Under the pieces are notes generated by a model. That model saw only the letters and a list, made by a program, of their open reading frames with translations, was not told the DNA's origin and did no database searches. Shown piece after piece: positions 1 through 8,270 of a DNA stretch of 55,438 bases. Numbering within the stretch: the stretch's first letter is position 1; every line of letters starts with the position of its first letter. The translations under genes and the position numbers were made by a program. Origin of the DNA: a bacterium (GTDB lineage: Bacteria > Bacillota > Clostridia > Christensenellales > SUG1161); NCBI GenBank assembly GCA_029006015.1, contig JAQXFY010000148.1, positions 1 to 55,438 of the forward strand. Direction: 5' to 3'.

Positions 1-47
1 TTAATTCCGAACTGTTCCGTGGTCTGGAACAAGAAATCAAATAAGTA

Positions 48-90
48 ACGCCGCCAACAGCGAGCTCATGCTCTCCATTGGCGGCGTTTT
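48..90. terminator. Bidirectional intrinsic terminator between a truncated + strand ORF tail (in-frame TAA at 42-44) and the - strand ORF 99-344
   Basis: 10-bp GC stem ACGCCGCCAA (48-57) / TTGGCGGCGT (78-87). TTTTCAATT follows on +, and a T-rich run follows on -. Confidence 0.6.
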
Positions 91-98
91 CAATTATA

Positions 99-344
99 TC
101 AATCCAGTGGCTTATATTCCGTGACAGTTTTCAGATACACCTCCGGATCACCGTTTAGGATCAAATCCGCATATGCGACCGGGTCATTGTAGATCAGATA
201 ATCAAGTTCCGAACGCTCATACATATTGCGGGCGATTTCGTTCTCCACGGCGATGGTATCAATGGAGCAAATGCTCCCATCTGAGAACCGAAGCTCCACG
301 CACCCGGTATCCATATTGAATGCACAGCTAAGTAGTTTTTTCAT
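99..344 (-). CDS. Hypothetical small protein (81 aa), no family recognised
   Basis: Clean ORF with AGGAGGATATAC upstream of the ATG (reverse complement of 345-360) and a terminator directly downstream. Lies in an AT-richer segment. Confidence 0.6.
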   Translation of the reverse strand: MKKLLSCAFNMDTGCVELRFSDGSICSIDTIAVENEIARNMYERSELDYLIYNDPVAYADLILNGDPEVYLKTVTEYKPLD

Positions 345-381
345 GAGTATATCCTCCTATTTTTAGTGGTGGTTTGAAGCC

Positions 382-410
382 TTGACAGTCATTTTGAAAG
401 TCCGTATAAT
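382..410 (+). promoter_or_regulatory. Consensus sigma-A-type promoter
   Basis: TTGACA (382-387), 17-nt spacer, TATAAT (405-410). Confidence 0.7.
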
Positions 411-522
411 ATTCTCACAATCAAAGACAGCTACGACATCACGCAGGCGCTTGCAAAGCGGCTGCGTTTTCTCATCTCAGCACCGATTTTTCGGTAAAAC
501 CAAATATTGAAGGAGGGGCCCA

Positions 523-684
523 ATGTCCGACCGGAGCAAATTCGACATTGAGCTGCCGCAGTCGATCATCGATTCCTTTGCAAGACATTTGGTTTCGGAA
601 ATCCGAAAGTATTACGACAGTGAGGAAGGCCAGGCGGCATTCGAGGAATGGCTGAAGCAGCAGGAAGACAGCCAAGATGCCTAA
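523..684 (+). CDS. Hypothetical small acidic protein (53 aa, MSDRSKFDIELPQSIIDSFARHLVSEIRKYYDSEEGQAAFEEWLKQQEDSQDA)
   Basis: Not in the ORF track because it is under 60 aa. GAAGGAGGGG lies 5 nt before ATG 523 and the stop is TAA 682-684. A promoter lies upstream and a terminator downstream. Confidence 0.6.
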   Translation: MSDRSKFDIELPQSIIDSFARHLVSEIRKYYDSEEGQAAFEEWLKQQEDSQDA

Positions 685-690
685 GACGAC

Positions 691-736
691 AAAAAGAGAG
701 CCAAGGTTTTTATAACCTTGACCCTCTTTTTCTGTT
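691..736. terminator. Imperfect bidirectional terminator hairpin between the 53-aa ORF and ssrA
   Basis: Stem core CAAGGTT (702-708) / AACCTTG (714-720) plus outer AGAG/CTCT pairing. Flanked by AAAAA on the left and TTTTTCTGTTTT on the right. Confidence 0.55.
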
Positions 737-805
737 TTGACATCAGAATCGAACCTCTACGGCGAAACCGCCTTTGAAAAAGTAGGTGTTCGTCCAATGT
801 CCGTT

Positions 806-1154
806 TGGTGGAGGCGAGGGGGGTCGAACCCCTGTCCGAGGAACAATTCACTTGGTTTCTCCGAGCGCAGACGGTATTTTCACATTCCCTGCACCCATCG
901 CCTGCCGTCAGGCTATGGGCTTGGTAGCGTCATTCATCCCGCCTGCCGCAACGCTTTGGCAGGTTGGTTCCCCACTTTTTTTGACGCCGGCGTCCCTGGG
1001 CGTGGGCACTCAGGGGGCCGACGCGCGGCTTAGGCCGCGAAAGCCAAATTGTTGTTCTTGGCGTTTGTTTTTAAGTTTCCGTGTTGTTGACGCGGCCCGG
1101 CCCGCGGCTCGCTTGCCTCGCTTCACATTCCCCGTCGAAACCAAATACGCCCCC
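806..1154 (-). ncRNA. ssrA: tmRNA (SsrA), about 349 nt
   Basis: On the - strand the 5' end reads GGGGGCGTATTTGGTTTCGACGGGG. The 3' end reads GGGGTTCGACCCCCCTCGCCTCCACCA (T-arm plus acceptor CCA). The internal tag frame GCC AAG AAC AAC AAT TTG GCT TTC GCG GCC TAA (1062-1030) encodes AKNNNLAFAA. It sits 17 nt downstream of smpB. Confidence 0.93.
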
Positions 1155-1171
1155 ATGTAAAAAATTTGCGC

Positions 1172-1639
1172 TTACCCGCGGTTGCGCTCCCGCAGTTCCC
1201 GTTCGGCCTCGCGCTGGGCATCGCGCTTGGCGATATCCTGGCGCTTGTCGTACAGCTTTTTGCCGCGTGCCACGCCGAGCTCCAGCTTGACGCGCCCCCG
1301 TTTTAGGTATAGCGACAGGGGAATCAGCGTCAGCCCCTTTTGCTGGGTATAGCCGATCAGCTTGCGGATTTCGGCCTTGTGCAGCAAAAGCTTTCGCGTG
1401 CGCAGGGCATCGCGGTTAAAAACGTTGCCCTTTTCGTAGGGGGAGATGTGCAGGTGGTGCACAAACACCTCCCCGTTTTGCACGGCCGCGTAGCAATCGC
1501 GCAGGTTGGCCCGCCCCAGGCGGATGGATTTAACCTCCGTCCCCACAAGGGCTATACCGCATTCATAGCTGTCTTCGATGAAATAATCATGGCGCGCCTT
1601 GCGGTTGACGGCCAGTACCTTGATGCCTTCCTGCGCCAT
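1172..1639 (-). CDS. smpB: SsrA-binding protein SmpB
   Basis: 155 aa with typical SmpB sequence ([17 protein letters not shown]...GTEVKS...LLLHKAEI...). GGAGGTGGAGG RBS. Adjacent to the tmRNA. Confidence 0.95.
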   Translation of the reverse strand: MAQEGIKVLAVNRKARHDYFIEDSYECGIALVGTEVKSIRLGRANLRDCYAAVQNGEVFVHHLHISPYEKGNVFNRDALRTRKLLLHKAEIRKLIGYTQQKGLTLIPLSLYLKRGRVKLELGVARGKKLYDKRQDIAKRDAQREAERELRERNRG

Positions 1640-1753
1640 GATGCCTCCACCTCCGTCCCAGGGAATAATTCATTATATCCAATATCCTACCCCATTGCAA
1701 GGAATATGAACTTCCGTTACAATAAGGTCAGCTTACCAAAAGGAGGAAAAAAC

Positions 1754-3268
1754 ATGCTTAACACCAAACAAGGCATGCGCCGCATCCCGCTGTGGGGGTT
1801 GTGGGATAACCGCACGCCGCTTGAAAACCCGCACAAGGGCTGGTATCTGCATTATTATGACAATGGCCTCAAGGTATACTTTGATCGCGAGCATCCCGAT
1901 GATTATTTGCAGGATTTCCCCTGCTTTAACCATGTTTATCTGCGCATGGGCTGGTGCTATCTGGAGCCGGAGGAAGGCAAGTACAACTGGGAGCTGCTGG
2001 ATGAGGTTATCCGCCGCTGGTGGCTGCATGACCGCCGCGTTTCCTTCCGCATTTCCACCAAGGAAACCGATGCCGATCAGGCTTTTGCCACGCCCAAATG
2101 GGTCAAGGAAGCCGGCTGCCGGGGCGAAATGGTGGGCGATTGCTGGGAGCCCGATTATGGCGATCCGATCTTCCTGGAAAAATTCGGTAACTTTATGATG
2201 GCCTTGGGCAAGCGCTACGATGGCGCGCCGTTTTTGGAGTTTGTCGATGTCGGTTCCTTTGGCGAATGGGGGGAGTGCCATACCGAAGGCAGCTCCGAAC
2301 GCACCTGGCCGCTGGAGGTTATGAAAGAGCATATCGATATGCACACCCGCGCCTTCAAAAAAACGCCGGTGTTGTTAAACTATGATATGATCGCCCTGCG
2401 GCGCATGTATGATGGCTCGGAAGAGGAGCTTTTGCGCTATGCAACCGAAGCCGGCCTGGGCGTCCGGGCGGACAGCGGCTGCGTCAGCTTTTATGAGGAT
2501 CGCTATGGCGCCAGCTCCATGCACCGGCCGGAGCTGTTCCAGCCCCTGGTTGCCCAGGCCCCCATGGATCTGGAGCTGGGGCATTACGGGCATGTTAAAA
2601 AATGCGGTTCCTGGAATGATGGTGTGCCCATGCTGGCCTCGCTCTACGAAGCCAAGGTCACCTTTGGCGGCTTCCATGGCTTTGCCCGCGAGTTCCTGGC
2701 CGATCATACCCATTACTGCGCGCAAATTGGCAACCTGATGGGCTACTGGTATTTTCCGCAGGCCATTTACCTGCCGGAGCACATGCGCGCCGGCCAGCGC
2801 GTGTCCATGGGCATGGTATGGGAAAACCGCGGCGTGGCGCCGTGCTATTATGATTATAATCTGTATGCCAAGTTCACCTCGGCCGATGGCAAGGCTTTTG
2901 TTCTGCCGCTGCGCGAGGCCAAGAACCGCCAGTGGGTGATGAACGCCCCGCGGGAGGAGATTTATTCCATCCGCCTGCCCGCCGATGCGCCCGCCGGCAG
3001 CTATATGGTGTCCGTCGGCCTGTTCGAGCCAGAGAACACCACCTATACCTTGCCGGAGGGGTACACCGCCCCGGCATCGCGCGGCCCGCTGGGCCGGCCC
3101 ATCCAGTTGGCCCTCAAGGCCGATTTGAAGGAAGCCGATGGCTTCTATCGCCTGGGCCAGATCGATGTGGGCGCTTATCAGGATATCCCCTACGAAGGGG
3201 TTGTTACCGTGCCTTCGCTGTGGCCGGGGCATCCCAAGGATCAAACGGTTTTCCCGCGGCGCAAGTAA
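1754..3268 (+). CDS. Putative cytoplasmic glycoside hydrolase (GH42-like TIM barrel; resembles DUF4832-type proteins)
   Basis: The true start is taken at ATG 1754 behind AAAGGAGGAAAAAAC, because the upstream part of ORF 1340-3268 overlaps smpB in antisense. Motifs seen: HKGWYLHYY, FVDVGSFGEWGECH. No signal peptide. Confidence 0.6.
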   Translation: MLNTKQGMRRIPLWGLWDNRTPLENPHKGWYLHYYDNGLKVYFDREHPDDYLQDFPCFNHVYLRMGWCYLEPEEGKYNWELLDEVIRRWWLHDRRVSFRISTKETDADQAFATPKWVKEAGCRGEMVGDCWEPDYGDPIFLEKFGNFMMALGKRYDGAPFLEFVDVGSFGEWGECHTEGSSERTWPLEVMKEHIDMHTRAFKKTPVLLNYDMIALRRMYDGSEEELLRYATEAGLGVRADSGCVSFYEDRYGASSMHRPELFQPLVAQAPMDLELGHYGHVKKCGSWNDGVPMLASLYEAKVTFGGFHGFAREFLADHTHYCAQIGNLMGYWYFPQAIYLPEHMRAGQRVSMGMVWENRGVAPCYYDYNLYAKFTSADGKAFVLPLREAKNRQWVMNAPREEIYSIRLPADAPAGSYMVSVGLFEPENTTYTLPEGYTAPASRGPLGRPIQLALKADLKEADGFYRLGQIDVGAYQDIPYEGVVTVPSLWPGHPKDQTVFPRRK

Positions 3269-3287
3269 CAAGCAAAAATAAGCGGGT

Positions 3288-3325
3288 CAGGGCAGGCGGC
3301 CGTTGGGGCGCCTGCCCTGTTTTTA
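3288..3325 (+). terminator. Intrinsic terminator after the hydrolase gene
   Basis: CAGGGCAGGCG (3288-3298) / CGCCTGCCCTG (3309-3319), followed by TTTTT. Confidence 0.8.
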
Positions 3326-3496
3326 TGGGTGTTCATGGGCTGCACAAGGATAGGGTGGGGAGACTTTCGGCCTTTGCCATGCCGCACGGCCAAGGATACC
3401 CCCAAGACAGCACAATGCCATCGGGCCCTGGGCGCGGCGCTTTATTTTTTGCCCGGCGCAGGCCATGAACAATATGTAAACGTTGCCTGCGGCGGA

Positions 3497-3538
3497 TTGA
3501 CAGCATTACTTTGGGTTTATATTATATATGAAACATAT
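3497..3538 (+). promoter_or_regulatory. Promoter of the marR-ABC operon with a small palindrome (candidate MarR operator)
   Basis: TTGACA (3497-3502), 17 nt, TATTAT (3520-3525). The palindrome ATATG-AAA-CATAT (3526-3538) lies directly downstream. Confidence 0.55.
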
Positions 3539-3558
3539 TAAAAGAAAGGCGGGTAAGC

Positions 3559-4008
3559 ATGGAAGGTGCAGAGTTCAGGATGGCGCTGTGGCAGGCGCTG
3601 AACGCCGTTAAAACATCGGCCGCCACGGCGTTTGCCCCGGTGGTGCAGGCCGAAGGGCTGACCATGTTGCAGGCCTATGTGCTGATGGGTATCCACATGG
3701 GCGCCATTACCAATATCACCAGTTTGTGCCGGCAGTTGGAGGTTAGCCAGGGCAACGCATCGGCGCTGTGCAAAAAGCTGGAGCAGCAAGGCCTGATTAC
3801 CCGGGCCCGCAGCCAGGTGGATGAGCGCGTGGTCACGCTGTCCATCGCGCCGGGGGGCCGGCAGGTGCTGGACAATATCGACCGCGGCTTTGCGGATTTT
3901 GAACGCTTTGTCCGCCAGCAGCCGGATGGGGATCTGCAGGCCATCCTGCAGGGCTTTGCCGCGCTGCGAGCCATGCTGAAGGCCTATGCGGCCCAATCCG
4001 CAAAATAA
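3559..4008 (+). CDS. MarR family transcriptional regulator
   Basis: 149 aa with a winged-helix region (ITSLCRQLEVSQGNASALCKKLEQQGLITRARSQVDERVVTLSI). Confidence 0.85.
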   Translation: MEGAEFRMALWQALNAVKTSAATAFAPVVQAEGLTMLQAYVLMGIHMGAITNITSLCRQLEVSQGNASALCKKLEQQGLITRARSQVDERVVTLSIAPGGRQVLDNIDRGFADFERFVRQQPDGDLQAILQGFAALRAMLKAYAAQSAK

Positions 4009-4023
4009 GGAGGGTTCCCTTTT

Positions 4024-6375
4024 ATGTTGGAACTGAAGCATATCAAAAAAAGCTATCGGGTAGGGGATGTCGTCACCCGGGCGCTCGATGATATCAGCGT
4101 TTGCTTTCGGGAAAAAGAATTTGTTGCCATCCTGGGCGCAAGCGGCAGCGGCAAGACCACCTGCCTGAACATCATCGGCGGGCTGGATCGCTATGATGAA
4201 GGCGATCTTTGCATTAAAGGCAAATCCACCAAGGATTTTAAGGACCGGGACTGGGACGCCTACCGCAATAATTCCATTGGGTTTGTCTTTCAAAATTACA
4301 ACCTGATTCCCCACCTGAGCATTGTGGCCAATGTCGAGCTGGGCATGACGCTAAGCGGCGTGTCCCCCGATGAAAAGCACAGGCGCGCCCTGGAGGTGCT
4401 GGAGCAGGTAGGGCTTAAGGACCATCTGCATAAAAAGCCCAACCAGCTATCGGGTGGGCAGATGCAGCGCGTGGCCATTGCCCGGGCGCTGGCCAATAAC
4501 CCGGAAATCCTGCTGTGCGATGAGCCTACCGGCGCTTTGGATACCGCCACCAGCGTGCAGATCCTTGATCTTATCCAAAAGGTCGCCCAAAAACGCCTGG
4601 TTATCATGGTAACCCATAACCCGGAGCTGGCCGAAAAATATGCCGACCGCATTATCCGCTTTTCCGATGGCAAGATCATTGCCGATTCCAACCCGTATCA
4701 GCCCGATAAAAAGCAGGATAGCTTTACGCTGACAAAAACCAGCATGTCCTTTTTTACGGCGCTTCGGCTGTCGTTTAACAACCTGCGCACCAAGCTGGGG
4801 CGGACGTTTTTGACCTCCTTTGCCTCCAGCATCGGGATCATCGGCATTGCGCTTATTTTAAGCCTGTCCACCGGCTTTCAGGCGCAGGTGGATAAATTCC
4901 AGTCCGATGCCATGGCGGAGTTTCCCATTATCATTTCCCAGGCCGCCATGCAGATGGATGAGGAAACCATGATGGAACATCAGCAGCAAATGGCCGATTC
5001 CATGCTGGGGAAAAACGAGTACCCCGATACGGATGAGGTAACCCTGTATGATCCCAGCGAAAACATGCTGATCCATACCAATGTTTTTACGCAGGAATAT
5101 ATCGATTACCTGGAAAAAATTGATCCGGCGATATGCTCAAGCATCGGGTATACAAGGCTGGTCAACATGAACCTGCTGCGAAAGGTGGATGGCAAGGCGG
5201 TGCCGGTTGCCGTTGCCACGGGCATGAGCGGGGGCGGCGGCATGATGTCCAGCATGAGCGGCATCGGGCTTAGTTCCTATCCCATACAGTTGGATGGCAA
5301 GGAAACCGCCTATCTGGAAAAAAATTATGATTTGCTGGCAGGCAGCTACCCGGAAGACGAAACCGGCCTTGTGCTGGTGGTGGATCATAAAAACCGGGTG
5401 GATAAAGCGGTTTTTGAAAAGCTGGGTTATGATATCGAAGGCGTGGATGCCATTAAATTTTCCGATCTGGTGGGCTTGGAATTAAAACTGATTCCCAATG
5501 ATGCCTATTATACCAGGACCGAGATGGGCAATTTTATCCCCCGCGATGATTATGAAGCCATGTATGATGCGGAGGATGCCATCACATTAAAGCTGTGCGG
5601 CGTTATCCGCCAGAAGCAGAATGTCCGCCTGGCGGCGCTGGGCAGCGGCATTGCCTACAGCGATGTGCTGGTGCAGCGCGTGCTGGATTCCTCGCTGGAA
5701 TCGCAGATCGTCCAGGCGCAAAAGGAAATGGATGTCAATGTCATGAGCATGCGGCCCTTTGAAAACGAGGGCGGCAAGGCCAATATGATCGAGTTCCTGG
5801 GCGGCAACGCCACGCCGTATATGGCCTTTGTCTATCCCCGCAGCTTTGATGATAAAAACCAGATCATTGCCTATCTGGATGCCTATAATGAGGGTAAAGA
5901 GGAAGCGGATACCATCCAGTATACCGATCTGGCCGAAACCATTTCGGAAATGTCGGGCAGCATCATGACGGGCATTACCATCGTGCTGGTGGCCTTTGCC
6001 GCCATCTCGCTTGTGGTCAGCCTGATTATGATCTGCATCATCACCTATACCTCCGTGTTGGAGCGCACAAAGGAAATCGGCATCCTAAAGGCGCTTGGGG
6101 CGCGCAAAAAGGATATCAGCCGCGTGTTTGATGCCGAAACCTGCATCCTGGGTGTGTTCTCCGGGGTTCTGGGCATCCTGATTGCCTGGCTGCTGACTTT
6201 CCCGGTCAACGCCATTTTGTATCACCTGACCGAACTGACCCATATCGCCCGCCTGCAGCCGCTGCACGCCATCATGCTGATTGCCATCAGCACGGTGTTA
6301 ACCATGTTGGGCGGCCATATCCCGGCGCGTATCGCCGCCAAGAAGGATGCCGTCGAGGCGCTGCGCACGGAATAA
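4024..6375 (+). CDS. Fused ABC transporter ATP-binding/permease protein (MacB/FtsX type)
   Basis: The N-terminus has Walker A GASGSGKT, LSGGQMQR and LLCDEPT. The C-terminus has an FtsX-like 4-TM bundle (TSVLERTKEIGILKALGARKKDI). AGGAGGG RBS. Confidence 0.9.
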   Translation: MLELKHIKKSYRVGDVVTRALDDISVCFREKEFVAILGASGSGKTTCLNIIGGLDRYDEGDLCIKGKSTKDFKDRDWDAYRNNSIGFVFQNYNLIPHLSIVANVELGMTLSGVSPDEKHRRALEVLEQVGLKDHLHKKPNQLSGGQMQRVAIARALANNPEILLCDEPTGALDTATSVQILDLIQKVAQKRLVIMVTHNPELAEKYADRIIRFSDGKIIADSNPYQPDKKQDSFTLTKTSMSFFTALRLSFNNLRTKLGRTFLTSFASSIGIIGIALILSLSTGFQAQVDKFQSDAMAEFPIIISQAAMQMDEETMMEHQQQMADSMLGKNEYPDTDEVTLYDPSENMLIHTNVFTQEYIDYLEKIDPAICSSIGYTRLVNMNLLRKVDGKAVPVAVATGMSGGGGMMSSMSGIGLSSYPIQLDGKETAYLEKNYDLLAGSYPEDETGLVLVVDHKNRVDKAVFEKLGYDIEGVDAIKFSDLVGLELKLIPNDAYYTRTEMGNFIPRDDYEAMYDAEDAITLKLCGVIRQKQNVRLAALGSGIAYSDVLVQRVLDSSLESQIVQAQKEMDVNVMSMRPFENEGGKANMIEFLGGNATPYMAFVYPRSFDDKNQIIAYLDAYNEGKEEADTIQYTDLAETISEMSGSIMTGITIVLVAFAAISLVVSLIMICIITYTSVLERTKEIGILKALGARKKDISRVFDAETCILGVFSGVLGILIAWLLTFPVNAILYHLTELTHIARLQPLHAIMLIAISTVLTMLGGHIPARIAAKKDAVEALRTE

Positions 6376-6499
6376 TCCCCCTTGGGGCGGGCAGCCCCCG
6401 GATGGGCCCCGGCCAACCGCATTTGCCAAAAGGCATCCGCATACGGGCAAACGGCAGGGGCGCCCGCCTGCAGATAAATGATAAAAACCATCCCCACCG

Positions 6500-6530
6500 C
6501 CCGGCAGGCTGCGTGCCTGCCGGGCTTTTG
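6500..6530 (+). terminator. Intrinsic terminator after the fused ABC gene
   Basis: CCCGGCAGGC (6500-6509) / GCCTGCCGGG (6515-6524), followed by CTTTTG. Confidence 0.75.
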
Positions 6531-6842
6531 CTTGGGCGGCAGCGTGGGCACCGGGGCCGGAAAAAGGGATGCCCCCTTGCGGCGTAAGGCATAGGCATGG
6601 CGTATCAAGGAAAACGCCGGATGCATTTTGGGGAAAAAACATGGTGCAGCCTTTGTCTGTTACGGCGGCAAGGCTTGGCCGGGCGCATGGCAACATTCAA
6701 TGGCGCCGCCGCGCCGTGGCGGCCTGCCGGGCGTATTTGGGGCCGGCGGGTTGTGCAAATTGGAATACCCAAAGTTTTCTTTTCCCTAAATTGGCATATT
6801 CTCTTTTATGCATGCATAAGCTTTTCTTCGGCACCATAATGG

Positions 6843-6883
6843 TATAATCCAATATTCATAAATAATTGCGAATATTGGATTAT
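6843..6883 (+). promoter_or_regulatory. Extended -10 promoter overlapped by a perfect 14-bp inverted repeat (operator or 5' stem-loop)
   Basis: TGG-TATAAT (6840-6848). ATAATCCAATATTC (6844-6857) and GAATATTGGATTAT (6870-6883) are exact reverse complements separated by 12 nt. Confidence 0.5.
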
Positions 6884-6924
6884 GCTATCGAACTTGGCGC
6901 TAACGGTAAAGAAGGGAAAGCTTT

Positions 6925-7113
6925 ATGAAAAAGGGAATTGCTTTAACGGTAGTGGGCGCTTTTTTGATAATTTTGGGCCTTTGGGGATTGAGGGCAATGG
7001 GGGGCAAAAGCGCCCGCCTGTCTGCCGGCCCTGCAAATATGATTTATCCGGTACGCACGGCGGCATCCATCTCCCGCTGCGCGGCAATAGGGGGCGTTGC
7101 CGGGGAACAATAA
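6925..7113 (+). CDS. Possible small membrane protein (62 aa)
   Basis: AAGAAGGGAAAG precedes the ATG. The N-terminus is hydrophobic (IALTVVGAFLIILGLWGL). The C-terminal half looks like GC-driven sequence, so coding status is uncertain. Confidence 0.3.
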   Translation: MKKGIALTVVGAFLIILGLWGLRAMGGKSARLSAGPANMIYPVRTAASISRCAAIGGVAGEQ

Positions 7114-7276
7114 TCCCCCCATACGCTTTGCCGGGCATGGCTTTTGCCGGTGGATAAAAAGCAGAAGGGAAAAGCTTTTACAAAAGAAATGCTGCGCGAT
7201 AAACGGCCCATATGATGGCTTGATAGGCCAAATGGGGGGATTAAGCGCACGCTTGATAGTTTTTCACCGCCTTTTC

Positions 7277-7309
7277 TTGACAGGGTAAAGCCTCCATGGA
7301 TAATGGAGG
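7277..7309 (+). promoter_or_regulatory. Promoter of the natAB-like operon with an embedded 7-bp inverted repeat
   Basis: TTGACA (7277-7282), 17 nt, ATAATG (7300-7305). The inverted repeat is CCTCCAT-GGATA-ATGGAGG (7291-7309). Confidence 0.45.
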
Positions 7310-7355
7310 GGACGGCCGCCCGGTGGCGGCACTTGCATGGGGAGGGGGCATTTAC

Positions 7356-8270
7356 GTGGCGCTTACCGTTCGTGGGGTCAGCAAATCCTTTGGCGAGCGC
7401 AAGGCGGTGGATGGCATCAGCTTTGAAATTCCATCGCCGGAAATCTTTGGCTTGATCGGCACCAATGGGGCCGGGAAAACAACAACCATCCGTATGATCC
7501 TGGGCGTGCTGGAAAAGGATGCAGGGGATATCCTGTGGGATGGCCGCCCGTTTAACCGGGATGAGGTGCGCGTGGGCTATATGCCGGAGGAGCGCGGCCT
7601 GTACCCCAAGGTTGCGGTTGCCGAGCAGCTTATCTACTTTGGTATGCTGCGCGGCATGCCAAAGGATAAGGCGCGCGCGGCCACGGAACGCTGGCTGGAG
7701 CGATTGGGCATTACGGAATACCGCAACGTCCGTGCCGAAGCGCTGTCCAAGGGCAACCAGCAAAAGGTGCAGCTGATCGCTTCCCTGGTGCATGATCCGC
7801 AGCTGCTCTTTTTGGACGAGCCCTTCAGCGGCCTGGATCCCATCAATACCGATGTTTTCCGCGATGTTTTTCGCGAGCTGGAGGCGGAGGGTAAATACAT
7901 CGTGCTGTCCAGCCATCAGATGGCTACGGTGGAAGAATATTGCCGCCACATCGTGCTGTTAAACCGTGGGCATACCCTGCTTTCGGGCAGCCTACACGAG
8001 ATTAAATCCTCCTATGGGCATACCCATTTATTTGTATCCTGCGGGCAGGATATTACGCCATTGGCTGCCGGCATGGGGCTTAAGCTGGAAGAAAAAAAGC
8101 CCGATGGCTATGCCTTTGGCATTGCCGGCGATGCCCAGGCGCAGGCATTTTTAAAGGCGCTGGTGGACAATGGCATTTATCCGGAGCGCTATGAAATCCG
8201 CATGCCCTCGCTGCACGAATTGTTTGTGCGCAGCGTTCGCCAGCAGCAAGGGGAGGAGGAAGCGGTATGA
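7356..8270 (+). CDS. ABC transporter ATP-binding protein (ABC-2/NatA-like)
   Basis: Walker A GTNGAGKTT, signature LSKGNQQK, Walker B LFLDEPFSGLD. I prefer GTG 7356 as the start: GGAGGGGG lies 7 nt upstream, and ATG 7296 of the track ORF sits inside the putative promoter. The track ORF is 7296-8270. Confidence 0.85.
   Translation: MALTVRGVSKSFGERKAVDGISFEIPSPEIFGLIGTNGAGKTTTIRMILGVLEKDAGDILWDGRPFNRDEVRVGYMPEERGLYPKVAVAEQLIYFGMLRGMPKDKARAATERWLERLGITEYRNVRAEALSKGNQQKVQLIASLVHDPQLLFLDEPFSGLDPINTDVFRDVFRELEAEGKYIVLSSHQMATVEEYCRHIVLLNRGHTLLSGSLHEIKSSYGHTHLFVSCGQDITPLAAGMGLKLEEKKPDGYAFGIAGDAQAQAFLKALVDNGIYPERYEIRMPSLHELFVRSVRQQQGEEEAV

Noticed and set aside
740-780. GAATCGAACC motif resembling a tRNA/tmRNA T-arm (possible att duplicate or tRNA fragment) next to ssrA.
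   Set aside because: The flanking bases do not form a T-stem (AGAGG versus CTGAT). There is no extended identity to the ssrA 3' end.
1340-1753. N-terminal 138 codons of track ORF 1340-3268.
   Set aside because: This part overlaps smpB in antisense and lacks protein-like features. A strong AAAGGAGG RBS precedes the internal ATG 1754, where the homologous sequence begins.
6376-6842. Several 60-130-aa ORFs on both strands in the gap after the fused ABC gene.
   Set aside because: They mutually overlap and have Arg/Gly/Pro/Ala-rich composition. None has an RBS. The only clear signal here is the terminator at 6500-6530.
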